64,000 nucleotides of DNA from Patescibacteria group bacterium (GCA_044868145.1 JBIOWE010000006.1:284537-348536); one strand, 5' to 3'; positions 10,287 to 21,282 are shown, numbered from the stretch's first letter. Notes: generated from the sequence alone by a model not told the origin. Made by a program: numbers and translations.

Positions 10287-11756
10287 TTATGAAGTCGTGC
10301 CCGTTTTTTTATTATTAAATAGTAGACTCTTCATAAATCGGATTTCTTCTACGGAAAATATTCTAAAAATGAAACAAGTGCCAACGTACAAACATCCACC
10401 TACAACACCGGCAATGAGTAGATCAAAAAGCGAGCTAGGTTTCAACAGAGCAATCATAAGGACAATGATCATGCTTGAAATTAAACTCTTTCCAACGATT
10501 ACAAAATCAAACTTAATTATTAGGTATTTTTTTGCAAAATAAGTCACAAGGAAAAAAACAAAAAGATAAGCAATCAATGTGGTAAGTCCCGCCGCAATAA
10601 TGCCTAACCGTGGAACTAGTACAATATTTAACACAACGTTTAATATCCCAGCCAAAATCCACGTCAGAGCTATTATTTTCGTTTTTTTTACCAGAAAAAT
10701 TATTTCGCCAATAATTACAAGGAGTCCATAAAATAAAAAAGATAGTGCGACAGCAGGAGTCACTAAATACGCACTGGTAGCGATTTCACGAGTCGACAAA
10801 ATCTCTAGAATTGGACGCGATAAAAAAGATACTGCAGTTACAGCAGGGATCGCAAGCACAAGAAAATACTTTAAAGAATAATATATATATTTCTGGACTT
10901 CGTCGGTCCTTCTGTTATCGTAAAGATCAGACAAATAAGGGGTTAGGACAAACGAAAAAGGTTCTACAAGCAATAAAATCATAGCGCCTAATGCATACGC
11001 TGGCGAATAATAACCCACCGCGGTAACACCGACGAAATACGCAATAACATAGCGGTCACTTAACTGTACAAACCAGCCCGCAACGTTTGATGGTAAAGAG
11101 GGTAAACTATAATGTAAATAATTTTTTACATTCTGAAATTTTGGCAAGCAGAAACCGATTTGTTTGTAAACAGATAGAGATAAGTAAATAAACAAAAGAG
11201 CCTTAAACACGATAACAGTCCATATTACGGCGGCGATGTGATAGCCTGAAAATACAATCAAAAAAATTATTAATAAACTAGCGTAATTTTCCAATAGTAC
11301 AAAAAACGAATATTTCCCTATTTGCTTGAAGGTTCGAAAATAAGCTAGAAGTATTGTATTTGCCGACTGGAAAATGATGATCAGCGTAACAAGCTTTAAC
11401 AGATCTGCACGATTGTCAAAAAACTTTGCGGCAATAGGACCCGATGCCAAAAAAATAATACAACTGAAAATAATACTCAATACAACAACAATGGTAAACA
11501 CGGAATAAAAACCCTCTTGGATTCTTTTTTTATCAACTTCTGCGGCCAAAAACCGAACTAACGCTCCGTGCAAACCGAGCGAAATTAATGGCAAAAAAAA
11601 CTCAGCTGTGGCAATGATTTGTGACCATAATCCAAATTCATATGGCCCTAGAATTTTGGTCAAAAGAGGAATGAGGAAAAAGGATCGCAGTTGTATTAAA
11701 CCTTGAGTAATTCCAATTAAGCCCAAGTGACGGCCGAAGCTAAAAATATTAACCAT
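10287..11756 (-). CDS. polysaccharide biosynthesis protein / Wzx-like oligosaccharide flippase (MOP superfamily)
   Basis: 489 aa with 12-14 predicted TM helices and no soluble domain. Cluster context. Confidence 0.6.
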   Translation of the reverse strand: MVNIFSFGRHLGLIGITQGLIQLRSFFLIPLLTKILGPYEFGLWSQIIATAEFFLPLISLGLHGALVRFLAAEVDKKRIQEGFYSVFTIVVVLSIIFSCIIFLASGPIAAKFFDNRADLLKLVTLIIIFQSANTILLAYFRTFKQIGKYSFFVLLENYASLLIIFLIVFSGYHIAAVIWTVIVFKALLFIYLSLSVYKQIGFCLPKFQNVKNYLHYSLPSLPSNVAGWFVQLSDRYVIAYFVGVTAVGYYSPAYALGAMILLLVEPFSFVLTPYLSDLYDNRRTDEVQKYIYYSLKYFLVLAIPAVTAVSFLSRPILEILSTREIATSAYLVTPAVALSFLFYGLLVIIGEIIFLVKKTKIIALTWILAGILNVVLNIVLVPRLGIIAAGLTTLIAYLFVFFLVTYFAKKYLIIKFDFVIVGKSLISSMIIVLMIALLKPSSLFDLLIAGVVGGCLYVGTCFIFRIFSVEEIRFMKSLLFNNKKTGTTS

Positions 11757-11773
11757 ATTGACCCATTAGCTTT

Positions 11774-12982
11774 TTATTGGTGGTAGACCTTGCAATTATA
11801 TTGAGCCTCCAAGTAAACTTCTTGATATCTCCGAGATATACTCTGAGGAGTTAGGTTTTTTTTACCAAATTCTACATTGTGAGAAATCAATTTATCACGT
11901 AATTTATTATCGCGTGCCAAATGAACCAACTGAGTACTATAATCTTGAATGTCCAAGGGCGTAAACCCAATACCGCACCCAAAATCCAAGAAATGACTTT
12001 GACTCGGATGACGAGAAATCAGCAACGGGACACCGCAGGCTATTGCCTGTGAAATACTAATAGTCGGAAATAACGCCCAAGTAGCAATATCCGAGGCGTT
12101 GAAAAGCGATGCGAGCTCTTGCTCTTTAACAAATCCTTTTTGAATAACATAGGGCCTAATTCCTAATTCATCAATAAGGTCATTCAACTGATTTGCATAA
12201 TTATATTCACCATCTCCAACGATCAAGAGACGTAAACGTTGCTCATGTTTTATTGAAAACGCAAACGCCTTCAGAAGAACATCGTGTCGTTTAAATGCAT
12301 GCAAACTCCCTGTTGTAATAATTAAGACATGATCATCAGAAATATCGAGCACATTTCTAGTTCTCTTCCTTATTTCTTCGTTACGGGAAAAAAATTCTGT
12401 ATCTGCTCCAAGCGGAATTAGATGCACTCGTCCCCTATCAATTTTGTATTCTTTTTTTAAAAAATCGATACCACCTTTTGTGACGGAAACAATTGAATCT
12501 GCCCAGAAATATGCTCGATTAACGATACGTTTTCTAACAAATTCATATTCTAACTCTACTAATTTTCTATTGTCAAACGAGCGTGTATATTGATGTTGAT
12601 CAATGACAATTGGCGCTTTATGACGGACTATGTTTGCTACCTGCACTGGTAACCCGTGGGATGGTTCATGGAGGTGCCAAATGTCAGCACGAAGATTTTT
12701 TACTATGCTCGCTACGCCCCGACAAAAGTACAAATCTGAGTAATGAAATAATGTTGGTAAAGTAATGATCTTGTTTGCGACACTGTTTTTTTCACTATTG
12801 CGGGTGCCCTCCGCATTCGGGATTTCATTCCTTTTCAAAACTTCTTTCCAGCTTTTGTGGCCAGCCTTTGTTGTAACAAAAATCACGTCGTGTCCTAACT
12901 TTAGCTGGGCCTTCGCTAATAAAGCTTCTTTTTGGCTTACGCCCGATGATACAAGTGTTTTAGTTACATGTACGATTCTCAT
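11774..12982 (-). CDS. glycosyltransferase family 4 (GT-B)
   Basis: MRIVHVT start. C-terminal GT1/GT4 signature region (FPT...ISQAIACGVPLL). Confidence 0.7.
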   Translation of the reverse strand: MRIVHVTKTLVSSGVSQKEALLAKAQLKLGHDVIFVTTKAGHKSWKEVLKRNEIPNAEGTRNSEKNSVANKIITLPTLFHYSDLYFCRGVASIVKNLRADIWHLHEPSHGLPVQVANIVRHKAPIVIDQHQYTRSFDNRKLVELEYEFVRKRIVNRAYFWADSIVSVTKGGIDFLKKEYKIDRGRVHLIPLGADTEFFSRNEEIRKRTRNVLDISDDHVLIITTGSLHAFKRHDVLLKAFAFSIKHEQRLRLLIVGDGEYNYANQLNDLIDELGIRPYVIQKGFVKEQELASLFNASDIATWALFPTISISQAIACGVPLLISRHPSQSHFLDFGCGIGFTPLDIQDYSTQLVHLARDNKLRDKLISHNVEFGKKNLTPQSISRRYQEVYLEAQYNCKVYHQ

Positions 12983-12989
12983 TTGTCGC

Positions 12990-13973
12990 TTATTTTGACA
13001 CTACAATTTCAATGGTATCACCAACATGAAGAAAATTCATGAAATACCTAAATGGTAATAACAAAAAATTAATAATGATATTAAATAACATAAGCTGATC
13101 GTTATAAAGTTTCTTGTTGATTGAAAGTTGACGCTTTTTCCTAAGGGACGCATCGGTAAGGACATTTAAAAAAGATCCTAAAAAACGAAAAGGGTCGGAG
13201 TTATAGTTTAGTTTTGTCACGATGAGCCCCGTTTTATACGCATATAATTTAAGTGTCTTAGGCGAATAATGATATAAATGACGAGGTATTTCCAAATTAA
13301 CCCAAAACTGTTTGAATAATTTAAAAGGCAGTGAACTTACATTTGGAACCGTAACGATTATTGATCCACCGGGCTTTAAAATACGTTTTAGTTCTTGTAA
13401 AAGCAATGTAGGACTCGGGACATGTTCGAAAACATGGTTTAAGGTTATTACATCAAAATAATCTTCTGGAAACTTTGCTGAAAATAAATCTCCTGGAAAG
13501 ATGTTCAAACCATTTTTTTTGGCAAATTCTTTATCAAAACTCCCAGGCTCGACGCCATAAACGTTCATTCTGAGGGAGCGCGCCCTTAATAAAAACTCCC
13601 CCGAGCCGCTTCCCACATCTAAGAAATTTCCTTTGGGCACAACCAAGACTGTTCGTAATAATGGTCGTATCGGCGCAAATAATACACGAAAAAAGAAGTT
13701 TTTCCGATGACTAAAATATAATTTATATATATAATTATTAATCTTCCCTAAAAATGATTTTTTCGTTGGTTGAGTCAGGGAATAGTAAGCTTGTTTAGGA
13801 TAAGCAATATCTAATTCACTTAATTCTATTTGCGGATTTTGCATAATTAAAGAGCACTGCGAACATTGAACAATATCAAAAGATTGTGCATTGTCAAATA
13901 TACGGTCATGGCCAGAAAATAAAAAAATTAAATCGTGGCTTCCACAAAGATCACATTCTGAAATTTGTTTCAT
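12990..13973 (-). CDS. class I SAM-dependent methyltransferase with an N-terminal Cys4 zinc-ribbon
   Basis: CDLCGS...CSQCS pattern. Motif I LDVGSGSGEF. Methyltransferase fold motifs. Confidence 0.7.
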   Translation of the reverse strand: MKQISECDLCGSHDLIFLFSGHDRIFDNAQSFDIVQCSQCSLIMQNPQIELSELDIAYPKQAYYSLTQPTKKSFLGKINNYIYKLYFSHRKNFFFRVLFAPIRPLLRTVLVVPKGNFLDVGSGSGEFLLRARSLRMNVYGVEPGSFDKEFAKKNGLNIFPGDLFSAKFPEDYFDVITLNHVFEHVPSPTLLLQELKRILKPGGSIIVTVPNVSSLPFKLFKQFWVNLEIPRHLYHYSPKTLKLYAYKTGLIVTKLNYNSDPFRFLGSFLNVLTDASLRKKRQLSINKKLYNDQLMLFNIIINFLLLPFRYFMNFLHVGDTIEIVVSK

Positions 13974-14045
13974 AGATAAAATATATTGATATGCTTGTTG
14001 ATCGTTGGATTGATTGTATTTAATACGACCAAAATATATTTCGAG

Positions 14046-14315
14046 TCACGAGAAGTTAATTACTTTTCGAATCAAATAATATAACATATACCAGAAAAGA
14101 ATGTTTAATGGGACGCCGATGATAAGTGTAAATAGCACTAATAAATCAAGGGGCATTTGCAAAGAGAAAGAAATCATTTCTACGACTTTAATCGGAAAAA
14201 GTATAACCCAACTTACCCATGGAGTCTTTTGAAATATTGCCTGGTTGAAACCAATGAAAATTCCGACTACAAGAACCATCAGTAGTAATACTTTCTTTTG
14301 ATCACTGAACTTCAT
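14046..14315 (-). CDS. small membrane protein (hypothetical)
   Basis: 89 aa with three hydrophobic helices. Overlaps the stop of the upstream gene. Confidence 0.35.
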   Translation of the reverse strand: MKFSDQKKVLLLMVLVVGIFIGFNQAIFQKTPWVSWVILFPIKVVEMISFSLQMPLDLLVLFTLIIGVPLNILFWYMLYYLIRKVINFS

Positions 14316-15813
14316 AGACTATAGTTCCCTCGTTTTCGTAAACTTTTTCGAAGTATGGATTGATAAAGGCAAAATTTGAAAATCCCTCATACCCGAGTAC
14401 CTTGAAATTTTGTTCCTCAAAAATAGCTCCCCAAAAAACGTATCGAATATCGTACTTCTTAGACAAACGCGACCGCACGCCGGGGTCTTTATTTGTGAAG
14501 ATACCGACTTTTTCTCCTTCCGGAAACTCGATAAGATTTTCAGTTACAATCGGTAAGAAGTAGCCAAATTGCTGCGCGCCGGTGAAGACGGTACCAGGAG
14601 GTATGTTTTCTCGAATCCACTTATATGCTGCGATATCGCTTTCCGGAATCTGTGTTGGGTGAAGACCGGGGCAACTGCGCACATAACATTTCTTATAATC
14701 TTGCTGTTGAGCCAGTACGAAGGGAAGCAACAGAATAACTAAGAATGCAATGGCCACAAACCGTACCCTACTTTTTCTAATCTGATCCATCAAAAAACAC
14801 ACGCCATACCCGACGATGAACATTATTGGTGCGACGAGAAAAGGCGCAAACCTGTTCGGAAAAAAGGGAGACCCGATCAGGTTTGACTGAGTGAGAAAAT
14901 ATGTTGCAAGAAACCAAAGGCCTAGAACGGTATTTTTTTTAAGAAGAACAAAATAAACGCCTACAAGAAAAAACAAGATGAGCAACGGGTTTCCGAGTGT
15001 AGTATTGAACATATCGGAGAAAGAAAATCCATAATTATCGATGGAAAAACGAGGAAGTATATTCAAACTGCTCGGGGTGAACAAAAAGTAGAAAAGCGTC
15101 AGACCGAGGAATACGCTTGATAACACTATGACTTTTTTACGCATATTTCTTTTTCGAATGTAAAAAAGAAATATATATGTAAGCGTTATCAATAGGGCAA
15201 GGAAAAAGGTCAATACGTGAACAAAAAAAATGATGGCGAGAACCGAATACGCGTACATTAGGTTTGTCCTTCTTTCGGTCTCCTGATGTTTTACGAGAAA
15301 ATAGAGTAACAGAGGCAGGAAAAACATCCCTAAAAGTTCCGCAACGTGACCAAGCCAATACATGCTACCGAAATAGAACGAAAAGAAAAGTAGAACAGTT
15401 ATTAGAACGCTACCGATAAAATTCTTGTAAACATAATAGCTTAATAGAAAGTAGCTTAAGACAGCTAATGCTAATAGGCTCACGAAAAATATTTTACCGA
15501 ATTCGAGACTACCAATGAGGGATGGATCTATGAGATACAAGACGGCAAGCACAATATGGACAGGAAATTCGGTCGAAATAAATGAACCATAGAGGGTTCG
15601 TGTTGACGATGGATTGTATGGTAACTGTGCATCCAACGCGCCATGGGTTGCTATGAGTTTTGACTTCATCAGTGTAATTGCTGTATCACAACACGGGGCG
15701 TACGCATGGTCGCCGCTATAATAAAGAAAAACTAAGGCACTTAAACCGACAACACAGCTTGCCAGAATAACGACTCGCATGAATTTATATCGTGAAGCAG
15801 GTAAAGGTGTCAT
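14302..15813 (-). CDS. large polytopic membrane protein with a C-terminal extracytoplasmic domain. Candidate GT-C-type glycosyltransferase or glycan polymerase
   Basis: About 11 TM helices followed by a ~150-aa soluble C-terminus. Embedded among GT and methyltransferase genes. Confidence 0.5.
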   Translation of the reverse strand: MTPLPASRYKFMRVVILASCVVGLSALVFLYYSGDHAYAPCCDTAITLMKSKLIATHGALDAQLPYNPSSTRTLYGSFISTEFPVHIVLAVLYLIDPSLIGSLEFGKIFFVSLLALAVLSYFLLSYYVYKNFIGSVLITVLLFFSFYFGSMYWLGHVAELLGMFFLPLLLYFLVKHQETERRTNLMYAYSVLAIIFFVHVLTFFLALLITLTYIFLFYIRKRNMRKKVIVLSSVFLGLTLFYFLFTPSSLNILPRFSIDNYGFSFSDMFNTTLGNPLLILFFLVGVYFVLLKKNTVLGLWFLATYFLTQSNLIGSPFFPNRFAPFLVAPIMFIVGYGVCFLMDQIRKSRVRFVAIAFLVILLLPFVLAQQQDYKKCYVRSCPGLHPTQIPESDIAAYKWIRENIPPGTVFTGAQQFGYFLPIVTENLIEFPEGEKVGIFTNKDPGVRSRLSKKYDIRYVFWGAIFEEQNFKVLGYEGFSNFAFINPYFEKVYENEGTIVYEVQ

Positions 15814-16778
15814 GTTCTTTGGTTTTTCCTTAAATACATAAGGTTGTTACGAGAAAACACCCGGTTTACTGCCTCAAAAGAAATTACTTTCCGTTCTTGT
15901 ATTGCCTTCCTTTTCACAAGAAATAATTTCATTTTTTTTAAGCTCTCGAAACGTGCGCTAAGGAGAACGAATACGACACCCTTGAATGTGTAATAGGTGA
16001 AAGAAATGACTTGATAAAAAATAATCGATGGGAGGTTCCGTAATAATAAACCTCCGGAGTAATTTTTTATAATGAACCAAAAATAGTTTCTCTGATTATT
16101 AAATAAGGCGAAGTGCGATCCTCTTTTCTTCGTGGAGATAGCATGGTGGTGCATAACAGGTGCTTCATAAAAACTCACATTATGCCAACCACGCAGTACG
16201 GCGCGGAATCCCAAATCAAGGTCTTCGGAGTAAAATTTGAAATCGCGATCAAAGAGTTCTCCGGATACCTGTAGGAGGTCGCGAAGCATTGCACAAGAAT
16301 ACACTGCGGCGCCTCCGGACGGGCAAAGAATCTGCTCCTGCACACTTTTTGCATTAAAACCAGCACCAGAGCGATGTAACGTAATGCCAAGCGTGTCAAT
16401 CCTCGAGTCGTCAAGCCGAATCATTTTCAAAGCAATCATCCCAGTTCTTTCCGATACCTTACGTAAGAATGACAGAAGCTTTACAAAAAAATCTGCTGTA
16501 ATGAGTGTATCGTTGTTCAACAGTAATACAAACTCATACCTATTAATTAAGCGTTCGAGACCTTTGTTGTAGCCTTCCGCGAAACCAAAATTCTTTTCCA
16601 GCGGAATGACAAAAACTGGCGGAAACGAGCCCTTTACCATCTCGATCGAATTATCCGTTGACCCATTGTCAATAACATACACATCGCTGGCCGGATTCGT
16701 CTGATAAATACTGGATAGACATTCGCGAAGAAGACCCATACCATTCCAGTTGAGAATAGCAACGGCTAATGTCTTCAT
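15810..16778 (-). CDS. glycosyltransferase family 2
   Basis: LNWNGMGLLRECL, VIDNGSTD and NFGFAEGYN motifs of GT-A/GT2. Confidence 0.75.
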   Translation of the reverse strand: MKTLAVAILNWNGMGLLRECLSSIYQTNPASDVYVIDNGSTDNSIEMVKGSFPPVFVIPLEKNFGFAEGYNKGLERLINRYEFVLLLNNDTLITADFFVKLLSFLRKVSERTGMIALKMIRLDDSRIDTLGITLHRSGAGFNAKSVQEQILCPSGGAAVYSCAMLRDLLQVSGELFDRDFKFYSEDLDLGFRAVLRGWHNVSFYEAPVMHHHAISTKKRGSHFALFNNQRNYFWFIIKNYSGGLLLRNLPSIIFYQVISFTYYTFKGVVFVLLSARFESLKKMKLFLVKRKAIQERKVISFEAVNRVFSRNNLMYLRKNQRT

Positions 16779-17554
16779 ACAGACGTTCCTTTCCCTCGAA
16801 AAAAATTAGTTTCATAAGATCTCGAATCTAGAATGGAATGGAAGACTCCATGTTTATTTGTCCGCTCTACTAAGAAAAAGATTGTTACAGAAAGCCCGCG
16901 AAATATCCGACTCAGCGCCTTACTCAAAATAGGCGGAAAAGGATACAAATTAGATCCTCGTGTTTCTAAAACTCGAAAGTAATTATCGGCCTGAATAAAT
17001 CTTTTGAATCCAGGGATGGTGTATCCGCGCACATGTGCACTTAGTATTTCGAGGGAGGTTGGCTGCTCTCCAAATAACAAGAGTAGTCGATTATGGAACG
17101 CTGCGAGATTTGGCATTCCTGCGATGAAAATTCCACCAGACATCAACGCCCTTGAAATCTCCGAACAAATCCAAAAGATTTCCTTCGTGTGTTCCAAAAT
17201 TTGATTCGCAATAACAATGTCAAAAAACATATCCTCAACCGGAATGCGGTCCCGTTCTAAATCGAGAGTGTACACCGTAATTCCTTTTTCTTTTGATTCT
17301 TGAATCGAGCGAGGCACGTATTCAATGCCATACAATTCCACCGTAATAGCAGCGTTCATCGAACGGATCCCTTCTTTGATATTCGCCAAATCGTATCCTT
17401 TTCCACACCCAATATCTAAAATACGAATTGTTTTGCCCGGACGTTGAATAGCGTATGCCTTTGCCCATTTGGCAATAATTTTTCTTCCATAGTTTAAATA
17501 TGTCCACTTTCCTACTAATTTTTCCATTGGCTGTATGACCGTGCGTAATGACAT
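16775..17554 (-). CDS. class I SAM-dependent methyltransferase
   Basis: Motif I ILDIGCGKGYDL. Motif post-I/II IVIANQILEH. Confidence 0.7.
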   Translation of the reverse strand: MSLRTVIQPMEKLVGKWTYLNYGRKIIAKWAKAYAIQRPGKTIRILDIGCGKGYDLANIKEGIRSMNAAITVELYGIEYVPRSIQESKEKGITVYTLDLERDRIPVEDMFFDIVIANQILEHTKEIFWICSEISRALMSGGIFIAGMPNLAAFHNRLLLLFGEQPTSLEILSAHVRGYTIPGFKRFIQADNYFRVLETRGSNLYPFPPILSKALSRIFRGLSVTIFFLVERTNKHGVFHSILDSRSYETNFFRGKGTSV

Positions 17555-17557
17555 ATA

Positions 17558-18670
17558 TTATCCAAGTACTTTCTTCACTAATCGTAAAATGCTTTCCGGC
17601 TGCACCCCTCTCATACACTCAAGTTCCGATAAACCTGCGGGAAATTTGCCCTCATCGTCAGTAAGTGCTCCGGGCAAATCTGGCTTCCATACGTACGTGT
17701 GTCGTAACCCAATTGGTGCCTTTCGCTCTGGATGTACGGGTCCGAAAATAGAGATTACTGGGATGCCCGCAGCGGCTGCCATGTGCATTGGTCCGGAATC
17801 GTGAGTAACAAACACACGACAGTGTTTCATAAGTGCTATAGATTGTTTGATTGATGCTTTTCCAGCCACGTTTTTAACAAAGTTTTCATCTGTTGATTCA
17901 ATGATTCCTTTATTGATTTTTTTGTCTCCAAGTCCCCCGAACATTAGAATCCTAATCTTAGGAAAGCTTTTTAGAAGTAGGCGTGTCAACTCGATAAAGT
18001 GATCTGTCGGCCAGCGACGAATGAGCATTGATTGGCCAGGATTAACCGCACCGCCTGCCATCAATCCGACCACCGCTGCGTTTTGCAAGTTGTGTTCACG
18101 TACAAAATCATTGGCAAAGTGTTTATCCGATTCCGCAAGAAACACTTTCATTCCTTCATACGCTGCCGGCTTACCCAGGGCTCGTAAAAGATCAAGGCTG
18201 TATTCAATTTCATGTCTTATCGGTCCGTAGATAACATTCAAATTATTAGCAAACCCCTCCCCTTTCCTATCGAACCCTATCCTGAACCGAATCCCGCACA
18301 AAAATCCAAACAATGATGCAAAATAATGACGATCAAGAATGAAACCAATATCTATCTTTTCTCTTCTTACCTCCTTAGCCAAGTTCCAAATTTTTAAGTA
18401 GTGGCGATCCCATATAATTTGATCGTCGAATGGAACGAGCGAATCAATGGCTGGGTTTCCCTCAAGCACTGCCTTTGACCAATTGCCTACCACATAGATA
18501 ATGCGTGCGCTTGGATATGCCTTTCGAACATTTTCAAGCAGTGGCGTTGACATCAACACATCACCAATCGCACCAATCTTAATGATGGCAATCGTCTTTG
18601 GATTACTCGGTATGTTTTTGTTTTTGAACAAAAAAGTTAGTTTACCAATTGGTATAACAAGCAATTTCAT
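17558..18670 (-). CDS. glycosyltransferase family 9 (ADP-heptose-dependent heptosyltransferase, RfaF/WaaC-like)
   Basis: IAIIKIGAIGDVLMSTP N-terminal motif. C-terminal HDSGPMHMAAAAGIPVISIFGP typical of GT9. Confidence 0.75.
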   Translation of the reverse strand: MKLLVIPIGKLTFLFKNKNIPSNPKTIAIIKIGAIGDVLMSTPLLENVRKAYPSARIIYVVGNWSKAVLEGNPAIDSLVPFDDQIIWDRHYLKIWNLAKEVRREKIDIGFILDRHYFASLFGFLCGIRFRIGFDRKGEGFANNLNVIYGPIRHEIEYSLDLLRALGKPAAYEGMKVFLAESDKHFANDFVREHNLQNAAVVGLMAGGAVNPGQSMLIRRWPTDHFIELTRLLLKSFPKIRILMFGGLGDKKINKGIIESTDENFVKNVAGKASIKQSIALMKHCRVFVTHDSGPMHMAAAAGIPVISIFGPVHPERKAPIGLRHTYVWKPDLPGALTDDEGKFPAGLSELECMRGVQPESILRLVKKVLG

Positions 18671-19152
18671 ATTCGCGAGCGATAGATTTTCAATATTCTA
18701 TTGATAATATCAGTTGTCGAAAGTAATCTTTTTTGTTTTTTGATAAGAACAAGCTTTCCACCGTATTTTCGAACAGTTGGGGCTTCGACACAGTTTTTCC
18801 CATACTCACTGCTATTTACATGGATATTTGGCCGGACAGTCTCAAGAAAACGTGTTGGATTCGTTTCGGAAAAAACGTACAAATAATCGATGCATCGAAG
18901 CGACGCAAGTAATTTTACTCGCGATGCTTGAGGAATAATAGGTCGATCCTTGCCTTTATACTTTTTAATTGAACTATCACTATTTACTCCAACGATAAGC
19001 ACATCACCGAGTTTTTTGGCACGTTCCAACATGAACACGTGCCCATCATGTAAGATGTCAAAGCTCCCGTTTGTCGTTACGATACGCCTGCGTAATCGCT
19101 TCAAGTCCCTCACTCGTCTCTTTAATTGCTGCTTTGTTAAAATTTTAGCCAT
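18667..19152 (-). CDS. D-glycero-beta-D-manno-heptose 1-phosphate adenylyltransferase (RfaE/HldE domain II, stand-alone)
   Basis: Cytidylyltransferase-like TNGSFDILHDGHVFML motif. 161 aa. Confidence 0.8.
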   Translation of the reverse strand: MAKILTKQQLKRRVRDLKRLRRRIVTTNGSFDILHDGHVFMLERAKKLGDVLIVGVNSDSSIKKYKGKDRPIIPQASRVKLLASLRCIDYLYVFSETNPTRFLETVRPNIHVNSSEYGKNCVEAPTVRKYGGKLVLIKKQKRLLSTTDIINRILKIYRSRI

Positions 19153-19678
19153 GCTGTTTTATCCAAAGACTCGCATCGTAAAGATTTGTTGCTCGATAAT
19201 CTGGGCTCACCTCGTATTGATTGTCCTTTCCCGCTTTACCAGTTTTGACAAGAATCGTCCTGCACCCAAGTAGTGAACCTGCGCGTATATCTTCCGTTTT
19301 ATCACCTATCACAAATGAGGCTTTCGTATCAATCACAAATTCACGTATTGCTTTTTTATAATTTTTTAGTTTCGGCTTTCGACATGTACAATGGGCAGAA
19401 GGCTTATGGGGGCACATGTATTCGGCGTGGATTCGTACACCCTTCGATTTCAAGAAACTTAAAAAATGATTCGTAAACTGCCTATAGTCTCGCAAGGTGT
19501 AATACCCTCGACCGATACCCGATTGATTACTTACGATGATCAACAAATACTTAAAGTCTTGCAATAGTCTCAAGCCACGAACGGCGTTCGGGAGGAACCG
19601 GAGATTCTGTTTCCTATACACATATCCAAAATCAACGTTGATGGTGCCATCACGGTCCATGAAGACTGCACGCCTCAT
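19145..19678 (-). CDS. gmhB: D,D-heptose 1,7-bisphosphate phosphatase (HAD superfamily)
   Basis: FMDRDGTIN HAD motif I. Zinc-binding CPHKPSAHCTCRKP insertion typical of GmhB. Confidence 0.8.
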   Translation of the reverse strand: MRRAVFMDRDGTINVDFGYVYRKQNLRFLPNAVRGLRLLQDFKYLLIIVSNQSGIGRGYYTLRDYRQFTNHFLSFLKSKGVRIHAEYMCPHKPSAHCTCRKPKLKNYKKAIREFVIDTKASFVIGDKTEDIRAGSLLGCRTILVKTGKAGKDNQYEVSPDYRATNLYDASLWIKQHG

Positions 19679-20673
19679 CGACGTATAAACTCAGCCAGTT
19701 CTTTTGTTGAGACCGTTGCCGTCCCTACTTTTTCGATACTTAATTTTGCCGCGATAGAGGCTAAATATGAAACTTCGTAGGGAGTAAGATCGTTGATACC
19801 CATGGCAATAATGGCCGCTACAGTGTCACCGGCACCCGAGACGTCAACCACCTTTTCTGCAAATGATGGTAAATGATACATTCTCTTTTGCTCGTCATAT
19901 AAATCCATTCCTTGGGCGCCACGTGTTACTAAGACATTCCGTATCTTTAAATTCTTTTTTAATTTCCGAATGAGTTGAGGAATTTTTGTATCTGGTACGG
20001 TTTCAAAGAAGCCAAACATGCGCGAAAGTTCAATGTCGTTCGGCGTAATAAAATCAACTCCCAAATACAATTCCGTATGCTCTGGTTTCGGATCAACAAC
20101 AATGGGCACTCGATACGTTTTTTCGACTTCCATAAGCGTTGTCATGACGCGACTGGTAATAACACCTTTGTTATAATCGGAGACCAAAATCGAATCCACC
20201 TTGGGGGCGACCCTTTTGATATACTGGATAAGGTTGTTCTCGATTGTCTTGTTAATTGTGATGGAAGTTTCTTCATCAACTCTGACAATTTGCTGACCCT
20301 GAGAAAGAACACGCATTTTAAGCGTCGTTGGCCTGCTGTGATCAAAAATGACGCCTTCAAGCGGCATCTTACTCTTTTTTAGCGTTTCCAAAAAACTCCT
20401 TCCGAAATCGTCATGCTTATTATGATCGCCAATAACGCCTGCCAAAATGGTAGAGCCCCCTAAAGCTTTAATATTCTCGGCACTGTTTGCCGCGCCACCG
20501 AGTTTGTAATACTTCCGTTGAGCGCGAACAATGATCACGGGAGCTTCTTGCGATACGGAGCGGGGCGGCCCCTCAATGTATAAATCGAGCATTAAATCAC
20601 CAACAACAAGAACTTTTTTCTTTCGGAAAAGTTGCAGTGAGCGAAGCAAGTGGTTTTTGAACGACCTCTGCAT
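19675..20673 (-). CDS. D-beta-D-heptose 7-phosphate kinase (RfaE/HldE domain I, PfkB carbohydrate kinase family)
   Basis: VLVVGDLMLDLY N-terminus. GAGDT anion-hole motif (DVSGAGDTVAA). Confidence 0.8.
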   Translation of the reverse strand: MQRSFKNHLLRSLQLFRKKKVLVVGDLMLDLYIEGPPRSVSQEAPVIIVRAQRKYYKLGGAANSAENIKALGGSTILAGVIGDHNKHDDFGRSFLETLKKSKMPLEGVIFDHSRPTTLKMRVLSQGQQIVRVDEETSITINKTIENNLIQYIKRVAPKVDSILVSDYNKGVITSRVMTTLMEVEKTYRVPIVVDPKPEHTELYLGVDFITPNDIELSRMFGFFETVPDTKIPQLIRKLKKNLKIRNVLVTRGAQGMDLYDEQKRMYHLPSFAEKVVDVSGAGDTVAAIIAMGINDLTPYEVSYLASIAAKLSIEKVGTATVSTKELAEFIRR

Positions 20674-20676
20674 GGT

Positions 20677-21273
20677 TTACTTCTTGTTAAATAGTTTTTG
20701 CTCCGCTAGCTCGCAGATGATGTGCAGAAGCGTAATGTGACCTTCTTGGATCCTCGGCGTGTCCGTGTGAGGGACTACCAAGGCAATGTCCAGATATTCA
20801 AGAATTTTCTTGCTCTTCAGTGATACAAGTCCAATTGTATGTAATTTTTTTTCTCGAGCCGTAATAAGCGCGCGAGCGATGTTTGTCGAATGACCATTTT
20901 TATCCAATGAAATGTCGCTTGTCGTCAGAACAAATAATATATCGCCCGGCTGGCCGAGAGCGTGGATTTGCTTATCAAACACAAAATCAAATCCGGAGTC
21001 GTTACCGATTGAAGTTAGTGCCGAACTATCCGTTGTCAACGCTATCGCCGGCAACGGTGGTCGCTCAATTTTATATCGATTCGTAAACTCGGCGGCAAAA
21101 TGCTGCGCGTCCGCAGCAGAGCCACCATTCCCACAAATAAGTATCTTATGCCCGGAACGGAGGCAATCCATAACGACATCAATCGCTCGTTCAATATCAG
21201 ACGTCATCGTTACGGCCATTTTAGTTTTCACCTTCGCACTCTCTTTCAGAAATTGTTCAATTCGTTCCTTCAT
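20677..21273 (-). CDS. gmhA: phosphoheptose isomerase (SIS domain)
   Basis: ILICGNGGSAADAQHFAAEF SIS motif. 198 aa. Confidence 0.85.
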   Translation of the reverse strand: MKERIEQFLKESAKVKTKMAVTMTSDIERAIDVVMDCLRSGHKILICGNGGSAADAQHFAAEFTNRYKIERPPLPAIALTTDSSALTSIGNDSGFDFVFDKQIHALGQPGDILFVLTTSDISLDKNGHSTNIARALITAREKKLHTIGLVSLKSKKILEYLDIALVVPHTDTPRIQEGHITLLHIICELAEQKLFNKK

Positions 21274-21282
21274 ATCAAAACG